From the IMG/VR virus record IMGVR_UViG_3300038701_001228, positions 1-55,502 of that record: a DNA stretch of 55,502 nt. One strand, given 5' to 3'. Under the pieces are notes generated by a model. The model did no database searches. It was given only the letters and a program-made list of their open reading frames with translations, and was not told the origin of the DNA. Each line of letters begins with the position of its first letter. The first letter of the stretch is position 1. This stretch comes from a virus. The position numbers and the translations under genes are program-made. Positions 35,225 to 43,311 of the stretch are shown here, piece after piece.

Positions 35225-38070
35225 CGCTGTAGCTTCACGACGTTCTCTGCCGCCTTGGCCTCTGCCTCTTGCTCCAGCCCCTCGAGGATGGACTTGAGGC
35301 GGGGGTGGCGCAGGTTCACGCCATAGACGTAGCACTGCGGAGGCGAGAGCGGCGTGAGCTTGCCGAGCGAAGCCTTCTTGCTGTTCGGCGTGGCGTCGTA
35401 CCCGTCCAGCGCGATCAGGCTCATGAGCTCCCGTGGGTTCCCGCCGTTCTTGGCGAACCACTGGCGGAAGTGCCGCCGGTCGATCAGCAGCGTCCCGCCC
35501 ATCAGCTTCGTAGAACCCATCTGCCTGTGACCGTCGATCCGCATCCGGATCGGCCCGCGCGGCAGCAGATCGTAGTTCGGCTGCGGGTCCTTACCCTTCT
35601 CGTGGTAGACCAGAACGATGGTGTTCAGGTGCTCGTTGACGTACTCGGCCAGCAGGTCGAAGTCGTCCCGCTGGTTGTCGGCCACGGTCTCGCGCATCTC
35701 ATCGAGCTGGCTCAACGCCCAGTTGATCGCGTCCTCGGGCGAAAAGTCGATGATGCCCCACTCGTATGCCAGCTCCAACGCCAGCGCGACCGTGACAAGC
35801 GCCACCTCCCAGAACCGCTCAACACCTGTGAACCGCTTGCCATACTTCTCGTAGAACTCGTCGAAGGCGTTGGCCAGCATAGCGCGGATGCCCTGCTCAC
35901 CGATCTCCATGAGCCGCTCGACGAACTCGCGCCCGGCGAACCCGTAGTTCTGGGTGAACAGCCGGTGGAGCTTCCGCCCTACGCCAGTGCCCTCGGCGAA
36001 CAGCGGCGAGGGGTCGACCTTCAGCTCGAGCAGGCGGGCCAGCTGCGCATCGGTCTCGTTGCCCATGGAGAGCAGCTTGCCTGAGATCGGCCTGTTGGTG
36101 GACAGGGTGGAGAACAGCGCCCACTCCTTCGGGGCTCTCTCCTCCGCGCTGCGGTTGAGGCGGGCCTTGTCCCGCCCTTGGCTGACCCAGTACAGGTAAT
36201 CACCAACGTCTTTGTCGGACATCTGGGTGGCTTCATCGACCGTCATGGGCAGGTTGCCGTAGAGGCCGAAGCGGTTGAACAGCGAGTTCGCGGTGAACTT
36301 CGACTGGAAGTGCAGCTTCTCTGGATCGCCCCATACCGACTGCTGCATGAGCTGCGCCAGCGACTTGCCGCTACCCGATGGGCCATAGAGCGACACCGTC
36401 ATGCCCTTGAGGCCGGTGAACTGCATGAGGATCGAGGCCAGCCCGATCCCGATGGAGAACTGGTGAGCGAACAGCTTACCCTTGCGGAGGATGCTGGTGC
36501 CGGCCTTCCACGTGGCGTAGCTGCCGCTGGTCGTGAACATGTCACTCCCAGCGCGGTTCACGTGGGTGGCCAGTCGGATCGTGTCCTTCTCGACGGACCC
36601 GTCGTCCTTGCGGCGGTAGAGGTCGTCACCGAGCAGGAAGATCGAGTTGTCCTCCTTCCACCCCATCGTGGAGTAGTGGTTCGTGACGGTCCTGATCTTC
36701 CGCAGCTCGTTCATGTAAGAGCGCATCATGATCTGAAAGTACTCCGTCTGCTTCTTGGTTGCGAGCACGATGCCTTGGTCTGCGATGACGCCCACGAACT
36801 CTCGGTAGGTCCCGTCAGCGAGATAGGCTTGGCGCAGGCTCAGCACCTTCCACCCTACATGGGGGCGGTTCCACATGAATTGCGCCACCTCGTACCCGAG
36901 ATGCTCATCGTACCCGTAGCTCAGCGGGTACATGTCGAAGGGCGCGATCTCGATGTCGGTGTCGTCGATGGTGGCCATGATCCCCTTGGACGTCCGCTTG
37001 AACGGCTTGGGTATCTCGACCTCGGTGACCACCTCCTCGGGCGCGTCCTTGCTCGTATCGACCTCTTGGTACCGCACACCCAGTCGCGCTGGGCTGCCGA
37101 TCTTCCCGGCGAACGGACAGCCCTTGCACCCCACGGGGCGCTCCGCCTCGAACTTGGCGCAGGTCGTCGGCCCGGTGGCCTGCTCGCGCCACTGCTCCAT
37201 CTTCTTGAGCGTGGCGCTCTCGGAGTAACCCGGGTGGTCCTCACTCCAGCGCCGCGCCGTGTCCTCGGGGTCCTCACAGAACGCAGCCACGCCGATCAGG
37301 GCGTACCACAGGGGCTCGGAGACCTTGTCTTGGTTCTCGGTCGCCCACTGGACCTGCTGGCATTTCTGCGCCACGAGAGCGGGGATCGCCGGAGGCATGT
37401 CGCTGTGCGCTGCGAGGTTGTCGAGGAGACCGCTGTTGCGCTTCTTGGCCGGGGCGTTCGTCGGGTTGAAGTAGTAGGCCAGCGCCTTTCGCAGCGCAGC
37501 CACGGTGGTGTCGCCACCGTCAAGCAGCACCTCAACACGTTTGGGCTTGGTCGGGTCCTTGAAGTTGTGCGTCCCAACCGGGCGTAGGACCAGCGAGGCG
37601 TCTGCCGTCTTGGTCACGTCGATGTCGAACTTCTGCCCCTCGGCGGCGTCCTTCATGGCCCGGGCCAGCGGGGTCCACTCGTCACGGTCGAGGTCTCGCT
37701 CGAGCACCCAGTAGGTGTGCAGCCCGTTGCCTGACCGGACGATCAGCGGCTTGGGCAGCTTCATGTCGGTGATGAACTTGCCGAGGGCCTTGAGGCCCTC
37801 CTTCCACGTGGGGAACGGCTTGTCTTCGCCGCAATCCACGTCGATGGTGATGACCTTGGTCGCCTGCACGTTCACGTTTCGGCGACTGCTACTGTCCTTG
37901 AAGGTCGAGATAGCGAAGTATGCGTCCTGCCCACGCTGGTCCAGTTGCTGTGCCGTTTCCACCAGATCAGCGATGTCGCTGAAGAACCGGTTTCTCTTAC
38001 CGGTCAGTGCAAACCCACAGTATGTCCCTTCGGTCGGTAGGACGCGCTGGAGGAAGTCCAACGTATCCAT
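35221..38070 (-). CDS. Bifunctional primase-polymerase / SF3 (D5-like) helicase
   Basis: 949 aa. N-terminal prim-pol style block (ITIDVDCGE...SGNGLHTYWVL). C-terminal P-loop (LYGPSGSGKS) in a D5/SF3-helicase-like context. Confidence 0.75.
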   Translation of the reverse strand: MDTLDFLQRVLPTEGTYCGFALTGKRNRFFSDIADLVETAQQLDQRGQDAYFAISTFKDSSSRRNVNVQATKVITIDVDCGEDKPFPTWKEGLKALGKFITDMKLPKPLIVRSGNGLHTYWVLERDLDRDEWTPLARAMKDAAEGQKFDIDVTKTADASLVLRPVGTHNFKDPTKPKRVEVLLDGGDTTVAALRKALAYYFNPTNAPAKKRNSGLLDNLAAHSDMPPAIPALVAQKCQQVQWATENQDKVSEPLWYALIGVAAFCEDPEDTARRWSEDHPGYSESATLKKMEQWREQATGPTTCAKFEAERPVGCKGCPFAGKIGSPARLGVRYQEVDTSKDAPEEVVTEVEIPKPFKRTSKGIMATIDDTDIEIAPFDMYPLSYGYDEHLGYEVAQFMWNRPHVGWKVLSLRQAYLADGTYREFVGVIADQGIVLATKKQTEYFQIMMRSYMNELRKIRTVTNHYSTMGWKEDNSIFLLGDDLYRRKDDGSVEKDTIRLATHVNRAGSDMFTTSGSYATWKAGTSILRKGKLFAHQFSIGIGLASILMQFTGLKGMTVSLYGPSGSGKSLAQLMQQSVWGDPEKLHFQSKFTANSLFNRFGLYGNLPMTVDEATQMSDKDVGDYLYWVSQGRDKARLNRSAEERAPKEWALFSTLSTNRPISGKLLSMGNETDAQLARLLELKVDPSPLFAEGTGVGRKLHRLFTQNYGFAGREFVERLMEIGEQGIRAMLANAFDEFYEKYGKRFTGVERFWEVALVTVALALELAYEWGIIDFSPEDAINWALSQLDEMRETVADNQRDDFDLLAEYVNEHLNTIVLVYHEKGKDPQPNYDLLPRGPIRMRIDGHRQMGSTKLMGGTLLIDRRHFRQWFAKNGGNPRELMSLIALDGYDATPNSKKASLGKLTPLSPPQCYVYGVNLRHPRLKSILEGLEQEAEAKAAENVVKLQR

Positions 38071-38090
38071 GTGTCACGCCTTGCTCTGAG

Positions 38091-38116
38091 GAGGAAAGGG
38101 CCCGAGGGCCCTTTCC
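38091..38116 (-). other. GC-rich stem-loop between the HTH gene and the primase-helicase gene
   Basis: ggaaagggcc / ggccctttcc form a 10-bp stem with a short loop. No clear U-tract. Confidence 0.45.
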
Positions 38117-38127
38117 GTTCGGTCACT

Positions 38128-38424
38128 CTACGCTTCCACGTCCAACAGCTCAAGGATTGACTCGAGCCGCTTTCCGCTGGGCCAGTTCTTGGCCTCGGGT
38201 GGGGGCCACGTACCTTCCTTGATGAGAGGAAGCAGCTGGCGCAGGGTTTCTTTGACCCGTTGTGCGTTGCGCTGCCTGATCGGTCCGCCGTCCACCCACT
38301 TGTAGTAGGTGATGCGGGACACACCGAGCAGCTTGCACATATCCTTGACGGTCAGTGCCATGCGCTCGCGGACCAGCTCCACCTTCTCGAAGTCGATGGG
38401 GGTATCACTCATCGTCGTCGTCAT
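38128..38424 (-). CDS. Helix-turn-helix DNA-binding protein
   Basis: 98 aa. The segment LTVKDMCKLLGVSRITYYKWV is a typical HTH (excisionase/MerR-like style). The start may be 38424 or 38412. Confidence 0.6.
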   Translation of the reverse strand: MTTTMSDTPIDFEKVELVRERMALTVKDMCKLLGVSRITYYKWVDGGPIRQRNAQRVKETLRQLLPLIKEGTWPPPEAKNWPSGKRLESILELLDVEA

Positions 38425-39391
38425 CCCCCACCAAGGCGGCGATCTCGTCAGCCAAGCTGTTCACGTCATCGTCCACCTCAGCGGCTGCCTTGGGTTCTGC
38501 CTTGGGCTTGGCGGCTGCCTTCGGCTTGGATTCAGCCTTGGGCTCCTCGGCCTTGGCCGCACCGAACCCACGCTTGGGCTTGGGTGCTTCCTCCTCAGCT
38601 TCTTCCTCGACCTCCGGCTCGGGCTCCGGAGCAGGCTTCGCCTTCACCGCTGCCTTGCGGGGCTTGGACGGCTCGGCGACCACCTCGGGCTGCTTCTCAC
38701 CGGTGATCTCCAGCACGTTGTCAGCGCCGAACAAGGGCTCGACCGCTGCGTAGACGTCCTCGTCAAGGAACCCGCCGAAGCCGAACTTCAGCTTGGGGAA
38801 GGACGCATCGGTGTCGAACGTGATGCGCGTCTTGACGATCTCCGCCGGAATGCCCCGCATGGAGAGCTCCTTGTGGTAGGAGTTGAGGCCCTTCAGCGCG
38901 GCAGGCGTGACCTGCAGCAGGTAGACCGGACCCTCGGGGTCGTCCGCGGACACGATGGCCAGACGCTTCTGGTCCGTGCAGGCTTTCAGCTGCTGGCCCT
39001 GCGGCCCGATCTTGGAACCCCATGCGTTGTGCGGGCAGCCAGCGCAGATGTCGTTCTGCGGGCTCTCGCTCTCGGGGTGGGGGCGGATGCCGTCCAGCGA
39101 GTAGCAGTCGGGCGCGGTGGGCTCAGCGTCCTTGTCCCACGCCTTGGCGTAGAAGGTCTTGGACAGCTTGGGGTTTGCGCCGACGATGACCACGTCCAGC
39201 TTGGTGGTATCCAGCACGGTCTCGGTGCCATCCTCGACGATGCGGAACCGCGCGCCCTTGATCGAGATGCGGGGGAACGCCTGTCCCTGCGTGATGCCCG
39301 AGGCGATGCTCTGCGACAGCGCCGACGGCTGGCCGACCTTGGCCGCGAGGTGCGCCGGGACTTGGATGTTCGTGGGAACGATGTTGCTCAT
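38405..39391 (-). CDS. Putative ssDNA-binding protein with an acidic C-terminal tail
   Basis: 328 aa from ATG 39391 (SD GGAG). Lys/Ala/Pro/Glu-rich linker ending ...LVGDDDDDE. Located in the replication module. The track start 39526 is an extension. Confidence 0.5.
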   Translation of the reverse strand: MSNIVPTNIQVPAHLAAKVGQPSALSQSIASGITQGQAFPRISIKGARFRIVEDGTETVLDTTKLDVVIVGANPKLSKTFYAKAWDKDAEPTAPDCYSLDGIRPHPESESPQNDICAGCPHNAWGSKIGPQGQQLKACTDQKRLAIVSADDPEGPVYLLQVTPAALKGLNSYHKELSMRGIPAEIVKTRITFDTDASFPKLKFGFGGFLDEDVYAAVEPLFGADNVLEITGEKQPEVVAEPSKPRKAAVKAKPAPEPEPEVEEEAEEEAPKPKRGFGAAKAEEPKAESKPKAAAKPKAEPKAAAEVDDDVNSLADEIAALVGDDDDDE

Positions 39392-39401
39392 GGGTATCTC
39401 C

Positions 39402-39677
39402 TCAGCGAGCGTTGAGTTTCTGTTGTGCCAGCAGACTGACCAGCGTGGCGGAGAGGGTTTCTGCATCGGGGGCGAACGTCGCAGCGACTTTGTCCGCCCC
39501 GGTGGGGTTGTACTTGCGGGCCGCAACCAGAAAACCGTTGTTGATGGGTATGACCATCAGGGTGTCCGGGTTGTCCGGGCTGGCCATCCAGTTCAGCGGG
39601 CGTGGACCATCACCAGCGGCGACCACATCGAGCCGCTTCTGGTTCCCCCGAATCCTCTGTATGAAGTTCCTGAGCAC
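39402..39677 (-). CDS. Hypothetical protein
   Basis: GTG 39677 lies 4 nt after the upstream stop and is preceded by GAGGT. The track start 39728 would overlap the upstream gene by 47 nt. Confidence 0.45.
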   Translation of the reverse strand: MLRNFIQRIRGNQKRLDVVAAGDGPRPLNWMASPDNPDTLMVIPINNGFLVAARKYNPTGADKVAATFAPDAETLSATLVSLLAQQKLNAR

Positions 39678-39681
39678 GGTC

Positions 39682-40077
39682 TTACCTCGCTGTCGGTTTG
39701 CGGACGTTGATGTCCAGCTTGGTGCCATACTTGATGCCGGGCGGCACCGCCTTGTTGGCGTCGATGTAGCCGCGCACGGCGGTCTTGCTGACGCGCTTCT
39801 CCAGCATGTCGAAGGCTTCCTCCTCGCGGATGAAACGCAGCACGGCGTCCCAGTCCTCGACGTTGGCGAAGTCGGTGGTGGTCAGGAACGCAGTCCCGTA
39901 CTCCGTCTTGAAGGACGTGAGCCCATCGGCATCGAGCTTGGCCTTCAGGAACGCCTCGAGCTTGGCCATGTCGGCCTTGATCGCGTCCACGCGCTCCTTG
40001 ATCTCAGCCTCCACGGCTGCCTTCTTCTCACGCAGCCGCATGTATTTCTTGATGACGGCATCGACTGTCACGGTCAT
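39682..40077 (-). CDS. Hypothetical coiled-coil protein
   Basis: 131 aa with SD GGAG. N-terminal coiled coil. Sits between the helicase and SSB-like genes. Confidence 0.5.
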   Translation of the reverse strand: MTVTVDAVIKKYMRLREKKAAVEAEIKERVDAIKADMAKLEAFLKAKLDADGLTSFKTEYGTAFLTTTDFANVEDWDAVLRFIREEEAFDMLEKRVSKTAVRGYIDANKAVPPGIKYGTKLDINVRKPTAR

Positions 40078-40080
40078 TGG

Positions 40081-41634
40081 TCACTCCGTTTGTTGTTGGA
40101 TCATGTCGAGCAGCAGACCTTGCAGCTTCTGCTTGTTCGCCAGCCGGTCGTACATCCTGTGCTCCAGATCGGTGCCTTCGATGTGGACGACGTTGCTGAC
40201 GTGCTTCTTACCGATGCGCTCGACGCGCCCGTTCGCCTGAACGTATTGCTCGTTGCTGGTGATGGGGCCGTACCAGATCACGGTCGAAGCCGAGGTCAGG
40301 GTCAGGCCGTGGGCCATCGTCGCCGGGTGAGCGATCAAGACGCGCGGGTCCTTGCTGTGCTGGAAGTCGTAGAAAATCTGGTCCCGCTTCTTGGACGATA
40401 CCGCGCCGTTGACCACCGCCGTGGTCCACCGCTTGGACAGTTCCTTCTCCAGCATGTTGAGCGTCCCCGTCAGGGGGACGAACACGATGACTTTCTCTCC
40501 TGCTTCTTCGATCACCTCCTTCACTGCGTTCACCCGTGGCGAACAGTCGATCTCAAAGTCCTGCCCGTCGTCGGTGTAGGCCACACCACAGGCGATCTGG
40601 ACCAGCTTCTGCACCTTCACCGCCTCGTTCACGGCGCTGATGGTTCCGTCGCCCTGCTCCATCTCGATCACAAGGCGCTTCATCATGGTGGTGTAGTGCC
40701 GCTTCTGCTCGGGCGTCAGGTCCACCTTCCGGGTCTGCACCACGGTATCGGGCAGGTCGAAGCACTCGTCGCGCGTGTACCGCACAGCCGGTTGGAGGAT
40801 GTTCTTCACGATGTCCACGCTCTCCGGGCGAGGCACGAACTTCCACTGGCCGACCTTCATCATGACCTGCTCGCGGAAGGCGGTGTAGGTGCGCGTTGCG
40901 TAGGGGCTCTCGACCAGCTGCGACAGGGTCCACGCATCGGTGGGGTCGTTGGGCGTCGGGGTGCCGGTCATGAGCCACAGGCGGGTGTCAGGGTTCTTGC
41001 CCATCCACCGCTTGAAGTGCTTGTACCGGCTGGTCGACGGGTTCCGCAGCACAGCCGCCTCGTCCACGATGACCAGATCGAACATGCCCACCGAGTCCTC
41101 GGCGATGATGTTGAAGCCGTCGTGGTTGATGATGTAGAAATCCGCCTCGGTGTTGAGCAGCTTCTTCCGCTTGGCTGCCGTGCCGTGGAGGACCACGTGC
41201 TTGCGGTCGTAGAACCCCTTGAAGATGGCGTCACCCCACACCCGCTCCAGCGTGGACAGCGGCGACAGGATCAGCACCTTCTTCACGAGGCCCAGCTTCA
41301 TGAGGTAGTCGGCTGCCCAGAGCGAGCTCTGGGTCTTGCCGGTGCCAATCTCATTCAGCACCAAGCACTTGCGGTGCATGGTCAGGAAGGCCGCGGTCAG
41401 CCGCTGGTGTTCGTAGGGTGTGAACTGGCCGGGCCAGTCGTAGTAGTGGAGGATCGGAGACGGCGCGCGGATACCGAGACCACGCAGCTTCTCCACCTCG
41501 CTGATCTTGTGCGGCACCGCAACGAGATCAGTCCCACGGAAGGACAGCGTCTTGGCAGACGGCACCGCCGCCAGCACCCTTTCCGGGTTCTTCAGCTTGA
41601 GCGCCAGCGCCTTGGCTTTTGGAATGACGAGCAC
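40081..41634 (-). CDS. SNF2-family (DEAD/H-like) helicase
   Basis: 517 aa. Motif I LNEIGTGKT, motif II VIVDEAA, and C-terminal helicase-domain motifs. GTG start preceded by GAGGGAG. Confidence 0.8.
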   Translation of the reverse strand: MLVIPKAKALALKLKNPERVLAAVPSAKTLSFRGTDLVAVPHKISEVEKLRGLGIRAPSPILHYYDWPGQFTPYEHQRLTAAFLTMHRKCLVLNEIGTGKTQSSLWAADYLMKLGLVKKVLILSPLSTLERVWGDAIFKGFYDRKHVVLHGTAAKRKKLLNTEADFYIINHDGFNIIAEDSVGMFDLVIVDEAAVLRNPSTSRYKHFKRWMGKNPDTRLWLMTGTPTPNDPTDAWTLSQLVESPYATRTYTAFREQVMMKVGQWKFVPRPESVDIVKNILQPAVRYTRDECFDLPDTVVQTRKVDLTPEQKRHYTTMMKRLVIEMEQGDGTISAVNEAVKVQKLVQIACGVAYTDDGQDFEIDCSPRVNAVKEVIEEAGEKVIVFVPLTGTLNMLEKELSKRWTTAVVNGAVSSKKRDQIFYDFQHSKDPRVLIAHPATMAHGLTLTSASTVIWYGPITSNEQYVQANGRVERIGKKHVSNVVHIEGTDLEHRMYDRLANKQKLQGLLLDMIQQQTE

Positions 41635-41920
41635 GGATGTACTCCCTCACTGCTTCAATCGTCGCTTCATCATAGGCGACAAAGCACTTGCCACCCGCTT
41701 TCTCGATGTCCCTCATGCACTTCATCTGGAGCGCCGTGGGCTTCTTGGTCTTGTCCGCCTTGCACTCGATGCCGACGAACTGGCCTGCGACCACGGCAAC
41801 CCGGTCAGGGATGCCAGCCACCCCGAAAGGGCCGGCCTGTGGACTGTAGAACCAGACACCTTCAGCCTTCAGCATCTTGTCCAGCTTGGACTTGATCCGG
41901 TTTTCCGGTGTCGCCGCCAT
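41528..41920 (-). CDS. VRR-NUC family nuclease
   Basis: PD-(D/E)xK signature GIPDRVAVV...VGIECK. The last ~35 codons overlap the helicase start by 107 nt. Confidence 0.65.
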   Translation of the reverse strand: MAATPENRIKSKLDKMLKAEGVWFYSPQAGPFGVAGIPDRVAVVAGQFVGIECKADKTKKPTALQMKCMRDIEKAGGKCFVAYDEATIEAVREYIRARHSKSQGAGAQAEEPGKGAGGGAVCQDAVLPWD

Positions 41921-41951
41921 AGCTACGCCCTCTTGTATAGTATGTCAAGTT

Positions 41952-42614
41952 TCATTTCGCATATTCGCAGAAAGATTTACACGGGCACCAGTTGCACAGG
42001 CCACTCGGCTTGGCTGGCCAGTTGTCGTGCTCCAGCGCGCCTTCGATGCGGGTGATCTTGCCCAGTATCTTCTCCCAGATCGGGGCCTCCTGCTCGCGCG
42101 TGAACGTCTCGCTGTCCATCTTCATCTCCTTGAGCCAGACGAAGGTGGTCCTGATGCGCTCGACCTGCGGGTAGTGCTTGAACACCTGCACCGCGAACAT
42201 CTCCAGCTGGTCGAAGTCGGGGCGGCGCTTGCCGGTCTTCCAGTCGAACATGAAGGCGTCCGGTCCCTTGCGCACCAGCACGTCGATCTTCGACCGCAGC
42301 CATGCGTCACCGTCCCACCAGCCTGTGGGTTCGAGCGACTGGTTGAGGGTCATCTCCTCCTCGACGGTCAGGGCGTCAGCGCCCAGCGCCAGCTTCTCGA
42401 TGCTGGTCACGATGGGTTCATAGCGCGCCGACTCCCGGTCCAGCTCGGTGCCCTCGCCCAGCCGAAGCTCCAGCGACTTGTGGATGCGCTCGCCGTAGGC
42501 GGTCACGGCGTTGCCGCTGTCCCGCACGGACTTCTCGATCCGCTGGTGAAAGTAGTTCTTCGGACAGTTCTCAAACATCTTGAGGGATGAGTACGAGTGG
42601 GCCAGCTTGGTCAT
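41952..42614 (-). CDS. PD-(D/E)xK exonuclease, Cas4/RecB-like, with a 4-Cys cluster
   Basis: 220 aa from ATG 42614 (SD AAGGGGA). N-terminal Cys (FENCPKNY), catalytic-type FDWKTGK, and a C-terminal CNWCPCKSFC. Confidence 0.65.
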   Translation of the reverse strand: MTKLAHSYSSLKMFENCPKNYFHQRIEKSVRDSGNAVTAYGERIHKSLELRLGEGTELDRESARYEPIVTSIEKLALGADALTVEEEMTLNQSLEPTGWWDGDAWLRSKIDVLVRKGPDAFMFDWKTGKRRPDFDQLEMFAVQVFKHYPQVERIRTTFVWLKEMKMDSETFTREQEAPIWEKILGKITRIEGALEHDNWPAKPSGLCNWCPCKSFCEYAK

Positions 42615-42835
42615 TTCTTCTTCCCCTTGGTCTTGCGCGCGATGTAGATGAACTGGCCCGGGCCGCCCCGGGACTGGACGAGGCACACCTCACCGGCGTC
42701 ACTCGCCGCCATGGCGTCTCGCCGGTGAACCCCGCCGCAGTGCGGCCCGATGTGGTAGACGATGGGGTCGCCCGGTTCGACCTTCTCCAGTGCCTCGCGG
42801 AAGGCACCCTCCCGCTCGTTCGATATGTCGATCAT
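42611..42835 (-). CDS. Hypothetical protein
   Basis: 74-aa ORF with ATGA overlaps on both sides. Confidence 0.45.
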   Translation of the reverse strand: MIDISNEREGAFREALEKVEPGDPIVYHIGPHCGGVHRRDAMAASDAGEVCLVQSRGGPGQFIYIARKTKGKKK

Positions 42836-43311
42836 GCTAGTGCCGACCTCCCTTTGACAATGTCGCAGATACGTTGTTCAGATACACCGTACTCTAGCGC
42901 CAGCGCGCGACCGCGCTCTCCAGCGGCACGCCGCCGCCTAATTTCAGCGACCTGCTCAGGGCCGAGACGTTGGTTGCCACCGCGCCCCTTGCGGGCCATG
43001 TCCCTAGCATTGCCGGTGGGCGTGGCCCAGCATAGGTTGCTGATGCAGTTGTTGGTGGGATCATCGTCGCGGTGCATAACGACCGCACCATCTGGGCGTG
43101 GCCCATGGAACATGGTCAATACGAGTGCCCCGACCTCTAAGTCCACACGTGGGTTGGTGCTGACACGGACCTTCGCCCTCTGCGCCGACGGCCTGCGCGA
43201 ACCTGTCATCATGGGTGTGAGCACATGCCCGGTGCGCAGGTTTCGCACACGACCCCGGTCCGACACCTCGTACGGGTAATCTCCGGGTACCAGCTCCCAG
43301 AACTCATCCAT
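42832..43311 (-). CDS. HNH homing endonuclease (NUMOD4-like N-terminus, HNH core, C-terminal HTH)
   Basis: 159 aa from ATG 43311. YEVSDRGRVRN (NUMOD4-like), HRDDDPTNNCISNLCWAT (HNH), and a C-terminal HTH-like ALEYGVSEQRICDIV. The start shares one base with the polymerase stop. Confidence 0.75.
   Translation of the reverse strand: MDEFWELVPGDYPYEVSDRGRVRNLRTGHVLTPMMTGSRRPSAQRAKVRVSTNPRVDLEVGALVLTMFHGPRPDGAVVMHRDDDPTNNCISNLCWATPTGNARDMARKGRGGNQRLGPEQVAEIRRRRAAGERGRALALEYGVSEQRICDIVKGRSALA

Noticed and set aside
30707-35461. Very long antisense or out-of-frame ORFs. Examples: 30707..35461 (-) 1584 aa, 1762..3222 (-), 20784..22493 (-), 22747..24327 (-), 25426..27069 (-), 39412..41895 (+), 43314..45272 (+), 36178..37587 (+), 48856..50001 (+), 52078..53133 (+), 52913..54094 (+)
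   Set aside because: They lie opposite to, or out of frame with, genes that have clear motifs. Their translations are Arg/Gly/Pro/His/Ala-rich low-complexity strings, typical of stop-codon-poor shadow frames in GC-rich DNA.
38128-38424. Lysogeny module (repressor/integrase) suggested by the HTH protein
   Set aside because: No integrase, excisionase partner, attP-like feature or CI/Cro pair is recognisable. A single HTH protein in the replication arm is insufficient evidence.
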